Origin: Hyphomicrobiales bacterium
GTDB lineage: Bacteria > Pseudomonadota > Alphaproteobacteria > Rhizobiales > CBDCVD01
Direction of reading: 5' to 3'
NCBI GenBank assembly: GCA_965222955.1
Contig: OZ244974.1
Location: 1,756,506-1,820,505, forward strand
Length of the DNA stretch: 64,000 nucleotides
Both the position numbers and the translations under genes were made by a program. Shown here piece after piece: positions 19,901 through 27,981 of the stretch. Positions within the stretch are counted from its first letter, which is position 1, and every line of letters starts with the position of its first letter. The notes beneath the pieces are model-generated. The model was not told where the DNA came from, ran no database searches, and saw nothing but the letters and a program-made list of their open reading frames with translations.

Positions 19901-21400
19901 CTGCCAGTCTTTGGGGATGCGCTCAATTGGGAGAATTGGCAGGTCGATCTAATACAGAATTTTTTCTCCACATCGAATAAGGCCGACTCTGAAGTCATCG
20001 TGCGCGCCGAGGACATGTTAGATAATAGTGGATTTGTTCCTGTACTTAGGGGCACAATGATAGATCAATTCAATCATGGTGCGGCGGCATACAACCTCGC
20101 AATGGAACAGTTCGTTGAAATTAAGCCGTGCGACTTACCCGAAAACTGGGAAGAAGTCAGATCCGACAAATACGTGCCTCGAGATGAGTTGGAAAGGAAG
20201 CTTTATGGCGTCAAATGGCAGCAAGGATGGTTGGCGGGTTGGCGTGATATCACAAGCGCTCATGTAAATCGCACGGTGATTGCGAGCATTTTCCCGCGGA
20301 CTGCAACTGATGACACTCTTTCCTTAATTCTTCCAAAGGGTGGAGCCGAACATGGTGCAGCTCTAGTGGCAAACCTCAACTCTTTAGTCCTCGATTTTAT
20401 TGCGCGGCAAAAAGTTGGCGGAACCCATATACGGAAATACGTGATTTCACAGTTTCCAATCCTCCCCCCCGACTTCTACACAAACCTCCGCCTCGCCTTC
20501 ATCATCCCGCGTGTGCTGGAACTTACCTACACCTCGAATAGCCTCGCGCCCTTCGCGCGTGATCTTGGCTATGAAGGCCCGCCCTTTGGTTGGGATGAGG
20601 ATCGCCGCGCGAAGCTGCGCGCCGAAGTTGACGCCTTTTACACCCGCGCCTATGGCCTGACCCGCGACGAGCTGCGTTACATTCTCGACCCTGCAGATGT
20701 AATGGGCACGGACTATCCGTCTGAGACCTTTCGTGTGTTGAAAGAAAAGGAAACCAAAGCTCACGGCGAATACCGCACGCAGCGTTTAGTCCTGGATGCC
20801 TGGGATCGAATGGAATCTGATGGCACATTTGTAGAGCTTGGCCTCAGCGATGAGGCAGCTGCTGCTGTATCAAGACCACAACTGCCTTCACTACCGCCGA
20901 TTCCACAAATTTCAGATAACGCATGGACTTGGCAGCAACAAGATGAACGTGGTCGCGTTCGCACCCAATTGCGGGCGATGGTCGGTGTGCTGCCGAATGG
21001 CGGCAATGCTCAGCGTGTTCGGCTGGCGACCTTGGCTTGCCTTCATCCATATCTACTTACGGGCTTTCTATCACCCGATGATCAAGCCGAATGGTTACGC
21101 CTTATGGGACCGCAGGCTAAACCGAATACCGCAATTACTTTAACGCCACCGACAAACGCAGCTTGGGGCGCAGCGTTTAATGAGCTTGTCTCATCAGCCA
21201 TCTTGGATGTCTCCCCGGATGGCGCTCAATGGAGCGCTGGATCACGCCTGGATAAATCAACACTGCACGCAGACGACCCAGCTATTGGGCGCGCTCTTTT
21301 CGCTTGGGCGAAATTGCAGTCTGTCGATTTGGAACAAGGGCTATCGCATATGTCTGCGGATATATTACCGTTCATTCGGGAGGGTCGCCTTGCAGCCTAG
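16961..21400 (+). CDS. Type IIG / Eco57I-like N6-adenine DNA methyltransferase (DrmMI-like) with C-terminal extension
   Basis: LGSVYESLL, GSYYTP, DPACGSGHF, NPPW motifs; TRD-like region; ~190 extra residues after QRLVLDAWD. Confidence 0.9.
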   Translation: MARKTISDISALLNITLEGNLIAPAMLAKVERLEADGQGEQDYAVKPGLTIRDEIPRAFRIGQALYEQFSGSDETTSAATLRFVTQMLTDVFGFNDLIKGGKRSREGREYLVHLEAGEGRIPVIVVPPRDTIDRASETLAFDERKRSASTALQDWLNAEDDALWGLATNGEVIRLMRDNASLTRPAFVEADLKQIFEIEDYSSFSALWLLLHRSRFGDKPAPVTDCALERWRDTGSKEGAVARDRLRDGVEDALRVFGSGFLEANPDLRKRLSEGDLKLTVFFNELLRIIYRLIFLMVAEDRDLLHDPNASTDTRQIYAEGYSLKRLRERSIRRSNWDKHRDLYEGLKIVFRSLAQGEEKLGLPALGGLFDQGLIPDLDNSALPNRALMEAIYRLAWLKEKDALLPINWREMETEELGSVYESLLELTPRIDIAAKRFYFAEGEETKGNQRKTTGSYYTPDSLVQVLLDSALDPVLDRIEREADDPADALTKATVIDPACGSGHFLLAAARRIATRVARIRAGGVASATDFRHALRDVARGCIHGVDRNPMAVELTKVALWIETVEPGKPLGFLDANIRCGDALIGVFDLEVLEQGIPDAAYKKLTGDDKDTAAHYRKKNKQEIKDRDRVQQGFGFNRQSNFTKAFTKVRAMPEGSVGQIEAKAKALRTLTASGSDVWQLQQACDMYVAAFLLPKTVNTEFLGAKGLPSAGRETVPTSRPLWDYLRGISAFGPMVGASINAARRARAFHWPLEFPDVMAHGGFDVVLGNPPWEVIQLSEKEFFAALAPDIAALSGAKRKAAIAELEIGNPSLFMAYTLGKREFDAANEFARASGRFVYSAEGKLNTYSLFAELFLSVMSSVGGAGLIVPTGIATDKFNAKFFAHVSGENLVRSLFSFENEEFVFPAIHHSIRFCLLTLSRADTDQAEFAFFLRRIAQIEDPIRVYNLSSEEIGLINPITWTAPVFRTRADADLTAAVYHRLPVFGDALNWENWQVDLIQNFFSTSNKADSEVIVRAEDMLDNSGFVPVLRGTMIDQFNHGAAAYNLAMEQFVEIKPCDLPENWEEVRSDKYVPRDELERKLYGVKWQQGWLAGWRDITSAHVNRTVIASIFPRTATDDTLSLILPKGGAEHGAALVANLNSLVLDFIARQKVGGTHIRKYVISQFPILPPDFYTNLRLAFIIPRVLELTYTSNSLAPFARDLGYEGPPFGWDEDRRAKLRAEVDAFYTRAYGLTRDELRYILDPADVMGTDYPSETFRVLKEKETKAHGEYRTQRLVLDAWDRMESDGTFVELGLSDEAAAAVSRPQLPSLPPIPQISDNAWTWQQQDERGRVRTQLRAMVGVLPNGGNAQRVRLATLACLHPYLLTGFLSPDDQAEWLRLMGPQAKPNTAITLTPPTNAAWGAAFNELVSSAILDVSPDGAQWSAGSRLDKSTLHADDPAIGRALFAWAKLQSVDLEQGLSHMSADILPFIREGRLAA

Positions 21401-23351
21401 TCTTTTCGAACCGCAAGACATCGAATTCAATGTTCCCGATGGCCGTAATGGTCCAAGGCTTTGGATCAGGCGCCTTGCGCTTTGGAAAGATTGCTCAACT
21501 CTCCTGAGAGACATTTCGCTCCGCGAAGGGGTAAATATCATTTGGTCACCCGACCTGTCGACAAATGAAAACAGTGCCACACCTCATGGGAGCGGCAAGT
21601 CCACCTTTTGCCGCCTCATACGTTACTGTTTAGGAGAGCGCCATTTTGCCAACGAAGACCAGCGCCTTCTTATGCAACATAAACTATTAGATGGTTTTGT
21701 TGGTGCAGAGATTATCATTGATGACGAATGTTGGGTTGTCACACGACCAATGGGAATGAACGTTCCGTCCCGGGTGACAAAAGCAGAAAGTATTGAAAAC
21801 ACCTTTCCACAGTTACTCGTTGGCACAGAGTTTGAAACAATAGCTCCGATAATCTCCGACACGTTTTGTTCTGACTATCGCGACCAAGTGCCAGACAATC
21901 TTAATTCCAATCAGGTTTGGGATGTCATACTCGCATGGCTTACGCGCGACCAGGAGTGTCGTTTAGACGACGTGTTTGATTGGCGGTCGAAACGATCAGG
22001 TTCAGGATCTCCGGCTCAAGAGCTTGCACTTGAGACCAAACTCGCAGTCGTCCGACTTGCCATTGGCGCACTGTCTGCGAACGAAGTTACCGCGACCGCC
22101 AATATCAGAAGGCTGACTAGAACAAGAGACAGCCTCAAGCAAAAACTTGGACATTTAGATTGGCTACATAAGCATCGCTTCGATGAATTAGCCGATAGGC
22201 TATCGTACGATAAAGAACGCGACCCTTCCGATGAAACTGTAAGGAAAGAGTTGGTTGACAAGTCCAATGAGGCGCTCGCGAAACTCACCGGCGCTCAACA
22301 TGTAAAGGGGAAACCTGTTCAAGCAGATATTCAAAGCAGACGCGCACCGCTGCAAAAATCCCGTAATAAAGCTTTTGCTAAAAGGGCCAATGCTAAAGCC
22401 TTACTGTCAACGATTCCTGCGCAGATTTCTGCCAAGCGAAGCGAGCAAGGAACCGAGCAAGCTCGACTTGAAAGTGGCACAATCGTTAGGTGCACCATTT
22501 GTCATGTTAATATCGACGAAGTCCGAGCAAATGGATGTGGGATATCACTTGAAAGATGTGATCTCGATGCCGTTAAACGTCGGCTAGATAACGCAGCTCA
22601 GGAAATTCAAAGATTAGAGCAGCAGCAAAGAGAACTTCCAAAAACCATTTCTGACCTCGATGGCGAAATTTTTCGTCTCGATAAAGAAATCGCCGATCTC
22701 GACACCGAATTTTCAAGACGAGAAAAACAGTTTACTGAATCAGATGACAAAATCAGCAAGGCGCGAGAGCTTGTTCGAGAAGCCAATTGGTTTGACCGAA
22801 AGATGATGGAACGTGGGTCCGAGTCAAAGCGCCTACAGACAATTGAGTCCCAAATCGAAGGCCTTCGAGATTCGGTCAAGTTGGAGCGTGAAAAAGTCTC
22901 CGCCGCAATTGGCGATTTAGATACAGTATTTCGGCAACTTATAGCAAGTTTGATGCCCAACGGATGCATGGGTAAAATCAATCTAGACGGTAACGGCCTG
23001 CATACGGACATTCTTCTCGAGCGTGGCGTCGGGTTATCTACTGCTGCCGTCGAATCTTTCAAAATCGTCGCGTTTGATCTCGCTGCCATGATATTGGCTG
23101 TAAACGGTAAGGCAAAGCTTCCTTCCCTACTGATCCATGACAGTCCACGAGAAGCTGATTTAGATGCGGATATTTACTCTAATCTCTTTGATTTCATGCT
23201 CAACCTTGAAACCAAAATCGCTCCGTCGCCCTTTCAATACATCATAACGACAACGACCGCGCCCTCTAAACAAGCAATAGAACATGAAGCACTAAGGCAA
23301 AAATTGTCATCTACGCCGCCTGAGCAACGCCTTTTTGCGATGGATTTCTAG
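21390..23351 (+). CDS. Rad50/SMC-like coiled-coil ABC ATPase (ABC-three-component / Lamassu LmuB-like)
   Basis: Walker A HGSGKST, central coiled coil with CTIC, Walker B LLIHDSP; TTG start at 21390 after GGGAGG, overlapping the MTase stop. Confidence 0.75.
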   Translation: MQPSLFEPQDIEFNVPDGRNGPRLWIRRLALWKDCSTLLRDISLREGVNIIWSPDLSTNENSATPHGSGKSTFCRLIRYCLGERHFANEDQRLLMQHKLLDGFVGAEIIIDDECWVVTRPMGMNVPSRVTKAESIENTFPQLLVGTEFETIAPIISDTFCSDYRDQVPDNLNSNQVWDVILAWLTRDQECRLDDVFDWRSKRSGSGSPAQELALETKLAVVRLAIGALSANEVTATANIRRLTRTRDSLKQKLGHLDWLHKHRFDELADRLSYDKERDPSDETVRKELVDKSNEALAKLTGAQHVKGKPVQADIQSRRAPLQKSRNKAFAKRANAKALLSTIPAQISAKRSEQGTEQARLESGTIVRCTICHVNIDEVRANGCGISLERCDLDAVKRRLDNAAQEIQRLEQQQRELPKTISDLDGEIFRLDKEIADLDTEFSRREKQFTESDDKISKARELVREANWFDRKMMERGSESKRLQTIESQIEGLRDSVKLEREKVSAAIGDLDTVFRQLIASLMPNGCMGKINLDGNGLHTDILLERGVGLSTAAVESFKIVAFDLAAMILAVNGKAKLPSLLIHDSPREADLDADIYSNLFDFMLNLETKIAPSPFQYIITTTTAPSKQAIEHEALRQKLSSTPPEQRLFAMDF

Positions 23352-23359
23352 AGTTTGGA

Positions 23360-24134
23360 ATGACGCATTTTTTTGAAGTCCCACCCAGCTTTGTACTGAG
23401 AAACGATCTGCTTAAAGCAGCGGACGATTTGGGTTATCGGATTGATAAGGGCCTTAACGGCGCATGGCATCAACGCGAGTCCACAACATCTCGTGGCAGC
23501 ATTTATCTAGCGGGGGCTGGCAGCACTGGCCCCTGGTATTTAGCGCTTGAGAACAAAGCAGTTGTAACCGAGTTCAATTTGGAGCCCGCAGGAAGTACAA
23601 AGTTTGGATGCACATTTTACCGGTTTGAGACATTAGAGAACCTTCGGGCGGCTATTGACCGATCTTGTAAATTGGGCGCCAGCACTGCCGAGTGCTCCAC
23701 TCGACGCATACCTCAAGGCTATCGAAGGAAAGCCACAGAATACAGAGGTTGAGCGTTTAGTCGTCCAGCGCATTGGCCAAGCCCAGTTCCGTAAAGCACT
23801 CCTTGATTATTGGGATGAGCGTTGCTGTGTCACAGGCATAGCGGATACCGATATGCTTCGCGCTTCACACATCAAACCCTGGTCCCGCTGCGAAGATGAT
23901 GCGGAGAGGTTGGATGTTCATAACGGTCTTTTGCTATCGGCTCTATGGGATGCTGCCTTTGACAAAGGTTTAGTCACATTTGACGAAAATATGCAGGCCG
24001 TATTTTCATCACAACTTTCCGCGTCAGCAAGAGACTCACTCCAAATTAACTCGGTTCACAAATTGGAAAACGTAACGGACAAACATGCAGAATATCTTTT
24101 TTGGCATCGGGAAGAACTTTTCATAGGTAGATAA
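23360..24134 (+). pseudogene. HNH endonuclease, 1-nt frameshift near 23684
   Basis: N-terminal ORF joins LPSAPL...QRIGQAQFR...CCVTG...RASHIKPW...NGLLL (HNH_2) if one base is removed. Confidence 0.8.
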
Positions 24135-24231
24135 ATAATATCCAGAAACTCCCAAGAAAAAATTTGGACGCTCTATCAATTCCAACAAAAGTTTGAGGGT
24201 CGTGATAACCTCCGACAAATGCGAACGAAGA

Positions 24232-25615
24232 TCATAGAGTTTCTCGATACTCTACTTTCGGCAATGCCTGAACAAACCTATCCGAAATCGGATGAGCGAT
24301 TTTCGATAACTCATCACGCCGATAAGCCATAGAGCCCCCATCCCCGTAATTAGGGCGTGAATTTTTATGCCCCATCAGCAAGCATCTCAAACCATAATCT
24401 AAGCCCGCTTCAAGCATTCGTTTCTCGAAGGAATGCCTTAGAGAATAAAGCCGATGGTCTGGGGTGACCTGCAAGCCCCTGACCCGCAAACCGTCCATGA
24501 TCGCTTTCGACATGACGTTGCCCTTGTTGCGATAGCGCGGAAAGCCCTTTGGCGCGCGTCTGAAGGCTTCGAGCGAACAGCCCACCAATGGAATATCGCG
24601 AGACGAGGCTACGGCTTTGAGCTGCCGATCTGACCGCGACCGGATTTGAATGTAGGGAACATCCACATCCAGTTTGATGTTTTCTGGAAGTATGTTGGAC
24701 AATTCGCTTGGACGACACCCCGTCTCAATCATTGCATAGACCAACAGGGACGCTTCAGCGTTTAAGCCATCGAATATTCCAGGCTTCAAAAATCGCGTGC
24801 GGACAAACTCATCAGAGAAGCAAGGCACGTCTTTTGGGGGCTGCTTGGCAAAGCTCAAATTGCGGAATGGGTTCTCGCGGTTTTCTTCGCCTTCATACTC
24901 CCAGAATTCGCGATAGAGCTTTCTGATGTTTCCAAGGTCTCGGTTTGCACTATTCGTTGTAAGCGGTTTTGAACCATCCTTCGGTGCCACACGCGCTGCC
25001 CACCAATTATAGTATTTGCGTGCATGATCGCGGGTAATTTTATGCATTGGCAGATCACCGACGACTTTGATGAAATTGTTGAGCGCCCGCATTTTGACCT
25101 TACGCCATGATTTCTTTTGCTCCTCAGACTTACCAAGCAACTCACTGACCGCGATCTCATCGCAATAGAGTTCCATTGCCTTGCTAATCTTTACAGAGGG
25201 ACGCTCGACGAGCCCTAGCACCGCATCGGCTTCTTTCTTATCCGGCACGGGGTTTTTCGGGATTGCCTGTAGACGGTCGATGATTTCTGCAAGCGTGGCC
25301 ACATCGGCAAGGTCTTGGACTGGGGTTTAAACGAAGCCTTTGGCCATCGCACGTCGCTGAGCCGATCTGTTAAGACCGCCGGGCGATATCCATGGGCAAG
25401 GTGTCGCTGGCCATGACGCTTGCCCAATATTGGTTGTCAGCTTCCATAAGTGCATCGCGCCTTGCGCGAGCGAGTTCAAGGCTCTCGGTCTTGAGTGATT
25501 TGTAGACCGTCCCGCGTTTATCGAAGAATTGGTACTCTTTGGGCACCCTTCGGACATAGTGCCACCGATTGCCGCGCTTTTTCAGATGCTGATTTAAGTC
25601 CCGCATTACGCCCAT
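24232..25615 (-). pseudogene. Tyrosine integrase with DUF6538-like N-terminus, split by two lesions
   Basis: KRGNRWHYVRRVP N-domain ends at TAA 25370-72 (frameshift); second TAA at 25327-29; catalytic part 24232-25302 keeps GCRPSE, YSLRH, LMGH, NYG. Confidence 0.85.
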
Positions 25616-25726
25616 ACTGTAGGCTCCTTTGTAGGTCAAAAACCGTAAGAAATTGCGGGAACCTGCAGGGAAATACAGGAAAAGGCAGCAATTTCAGGAA
25701 CTTAACCCTTTGAAATCAAAGGAAAA

Positions 25727-25813
25727 TGGTGCGGCCGAGAAGACTCGAACTTCCACGGGATCTCTCCCACAGCGACCTCAACGCTGCGCGTCTACCTATT
25801 CCGCCACGGCCGC
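25727..25813 (-). tRNA. tRNA-Leu(GAG)
   Basis: GCGGCCG acceptor stem, CAGCG-TTGAGGT-CGCTG anticodon arm, long variable arm, TTCGA loop, encoded CCA. Confidence 0.97.
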
Positions 25814-25922
25814 ACGCCGTAGACAGCCGTCCCTATCAAATCCGTATCGCTTCGACAAGCAAAATGCTTGGAGTGCACCCGGCGAAAGGGCGCCCCGCCC
25901 GATTGTGTCATTGCTACACGCT

Positions 25923-26813
25923 CTAATACGCCCATCCCGCTACCTTTGCCAGCAAAAAGTCGCGAAACGCGTCAATGCGCGCCGAATTGCGCAACTCCTG
26001 CGGATAAACGAAATAGGTCTGAAATGTCGGCGTTTCAATATCCGGCAAAATCCGCAGCAAGCCCGAACGGGGCTTGATCATATAATCGGGCAGCATCGAT
26101 ATGCCCATGCCGATCTGAACCGCCTTCTTGACCGCATGGATATTGTTCACCCGCATTACGGAGGATCGGACATCGCCCGGATCGCGCCCCAGTATCTCCA
26201 ATCGGTTGAGTTCGCCCAATGGCGAGTCAACGCTCGCCTCATAAGCGACAATCGCGTGTTTGTCCAGGTCTTCAATCGTGCGCGGCGTGCCGTGACGGCG
26301 CACATAGGCGGGTGAGGCATAGGCATGAGCGTGCACCAAAAACAGCTTGCGCCGGATTAGATCTCCCTGGGTCGGCTGACGAAACCGAATGGCCACATCG
26401 GCCTCGCGCATCGCCAGATCGACCTCGCCATCGAACAGGGTGATTGTCGGCTGCACCTGCGGATAGAGCCGGATGAATTCGTGCATATGCTCCGTCAGCC
26501 AGGTGGTGCCAAAGCCGATGGTTGTAGTGATGCGCAAGGGCCCGCGCGGCTTGTGGCGCTGATCCGACAAACGCGTCACCACCATTTCAAGGTGCGACAA
26601 TACGCGTTTTGTCGTTTCATACAATTCATCCCCCTGTTCGGTCAGAATGAGACCGCGGGCGTGGCGATGAAACAATACCACGTCAAGCTCTTCCTCCAGC
26701 GCCTGAACCTGGCGGCTGACGGCTGACTGGCTCATGTCAAGCAGATCGGCGGCGTGGGTAAAGCTGCCGGCGCGGGCCGCTGCATGGAAAATCTTCAAAC
26801 GGTTCAGATCCAT
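25923..26813 (-). CDS. LysR-family regulator (LsrB/VtlR-like)
   Basis: GSFTHAA...SQSAVSRQV..LE...LFHRHARGLILTEQG; located downstream of trxB as lsrB/vtlR are in rhizobia. Confidence 0.9.
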   Translation of the reverse strand: MDLNRLKIFHAAARAGSFTHAADLLDMSQSAVSRQVQALEEELDVVLFHRHARGLILTEQGDELYETTKRVLSHLEMVVTRLSDQRHKPRGPLRITTTIGFGTTWLTEHMHEFIRLYPQVQPTITLFDGEVDLAMREADVAIRFRQPTQGDLIRRKLFLVHAHAYASPAYVRRHGTPRTIEDLDKHAIVAYEASVDSPLGELNRLEILGRDPGDVRSSVMRVNNIHAVKKAVQIGMGISMLPDYMIKPRSGLLRILPDIETPTFQTYFVYPQELRNSARIDAFRDFLLAKVAGWAY

Positions 26814-26854
26814 TGCGTATCCGATTCTCTTCAGGTGGATTTGGACGAATATGA

Positions 26855-27028
26855 CTGGATGTGATCTTTCAACAGTGTGTCCCTGGTAAACTCATCGGGT
26901 GCAACTGGCCATTTATACCAAGGGGCTTTGCGTTTGACTCCTGGCCCGGTTTAAAACCGTTGTCTTATCAGCACGATACACAAGTCAGCGCGTACAAAAC
27001 GCCAATACCGCTGGTATTATCTGATCAT
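26855..27028 (+). repeat. Family C interspersed repeat interrupted by a family B element
   Basis: CTGGATGTGATCTTTCAACAG..TGTCCCTG..AAAC.CATC....GGCCATT.ATCTGATCAT; related copies at 40755-40813 and 58339-58408 (reverse). Confidence 0.7.
26915..27017 (+). repeat. Family B palindromic miniature element (103 bp)
   Basis: ATACCAAGGGG...CCAATACCGCTGGTAT; near-identical to 41359-41461. Confidence 0.9.
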
Positions 27029-27131
27029 TAGAGCGCGTCATGTCTTCAGGAGCGAAACAACAGCGATGCGACTCAATTCCGAGTCGTTTCGCTGTAATTC
27101 ACTACAGTTGAGAAAAATCACTGTATCGCAA

Positions 27132-27896
27132 TTACTGCCAATATGCCCTCAACCACGGGGTGGGCCGGCAATAGCGGTCAAGGCGTCGGCTCGGGTGTCC
27201 CGCGATTGCCTCATGGGGCAGGGGGTGCCCGTGAAAGACAATAATGCGGGCACCTTTCGGCTTTTTGGGCTGTCGCCACAGATTTGTCGGCATGAGCGGG
27301 ATGCACTGGCGCTTGAAACTGGCAATCCATTCCCCCGGCCAATAGACTTTTACCCCGGCGCGTGTGACAGAATCACCCACATATTGCTGCTCAATGCGGT
27401 GCCTGTCCATCTTCTGCGCCGGATTGTTGACAAAATCATCGAAAATAAACCCGTGCCGATCGGGGTTAAAGCGAAAGACGGATGAGTTCGTATCCGCACC
27501 GGCACGGCTCAGCCGGCGCCACAGCCGGCGCCTTTCCATCCAGTCGTGGATAATGCAGAACTTGCCGGCGTGAAAGCGAAACAGATCGTCCAGGGACGCG
27601 GTGATAACCACATCAAGATCGAGATAGAGTATATCGCCGTGCATATCGGCCAGGCCGGGCTGGTACAGGCTGATTTTGCGCCATGTATCCATACCGGGAA
27701 GTGCCAGGCGCGTCTGATCGATGTCCCACGGCGGTAGCGGTTGCGCCTCTATGCCGGCGCCAAGGCCCGTAGAATCATCGCAAAAGCAGATAAATCGCAA
27801 ATGTGACGCCAGGTTCCTCCGAACCTGCGCATAAAGGCGATTGACGTACCGGGGGCCGTATTTTGTTCCCCATTTCATACAAATAACGGTGCGCAT
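27132..27896 (-). CDS. Glycosyltransferase-like protein (GT-A fold, DxD)
   Basis: VICMKWGTKYG..YVNRLY, LYLDLDVVI, NSSV, IIVFHG.P.P motifs. Confidence 0.8.
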   Translation of the reverse strand: MRTVICMKWGTKYGPRYVNRLYAQVRRNLASHLRFICFCDDSTGLGAGIEAQPLPPWDIDQTRLALPGMDTWRKISLYQPGLADMHGDILYLDLDVVITASLDDLFRFHAGKFCIIHDWMERRRLWRRLSRAGADTNSSVFRFNPDRHGFIFDDFVNNPAQKMDRHRIEQQYVGDSVTRAGVKVYWPGEWIASFKRQCIPLMPTNLWRQPKKPKGARIIVFHGHPLPHEAIAGHPSRRLDRYCRPTPWLRAYWQ

Positions 27897-27981
27897 GGGC
27901 TCCTGCCGCAGATATGGCCATAAACGTTTGAGTGTTTGCTGTGTTGCGTGCAGGCTCAGGGCGCCGCCCGTCAGAAAGGCT

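Larger units (their letters stand above)
1..25726. mobile_element. Integrative conjugative element (ICEMlSym/Tn4371-like), right arm, inserted at tRNA-Leu 3' end; continues left of the window
   Basis: Tyrosine integrase abuts the tRNA 3' end; rdfS-like, DUF2285, DUF736, parB-like and ardC genes; visibly lower GC than the core genes to the right. The second att copy is not in the window. Confidence 0.85.

Noticed and set aside
20464-20470. C7 tract (and A8 near 18812) in the MTase as phase-variation switches
   Set aside because: Short tracts, gene in frame, and no evidence of variation from a single sequence.
21180-21389. N-terminal 70 aa of the 723-aa ATPase ORF
   Set aside because: Overlaps the MTase in another frame; TTG at 21390 has a good RBS and fits translational coupling.
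9012-21400. Calling the operon canonical DISARM, Druantia or BREX
   Set aside because: No separate drmB, drmC (PLD), druA-D or pglZ/brxC genes are visible; only the shared helicase/MTase core is supported.
1-25726. oriT, relaxase, T4SS or second att site
   Set aside because: None recognisable in the window; presumably left of position 1, so self-transmissibility cannot be judged.
27060-27095. Hairpin ACAGCGA..CGACTC-AATTCC-GAGTCG..TCGCTGT as an intrinsic terminator
   Set aside because: No clear U-tract; it lies in a cluster of miniature-element remnants and is more likely another such remnant.
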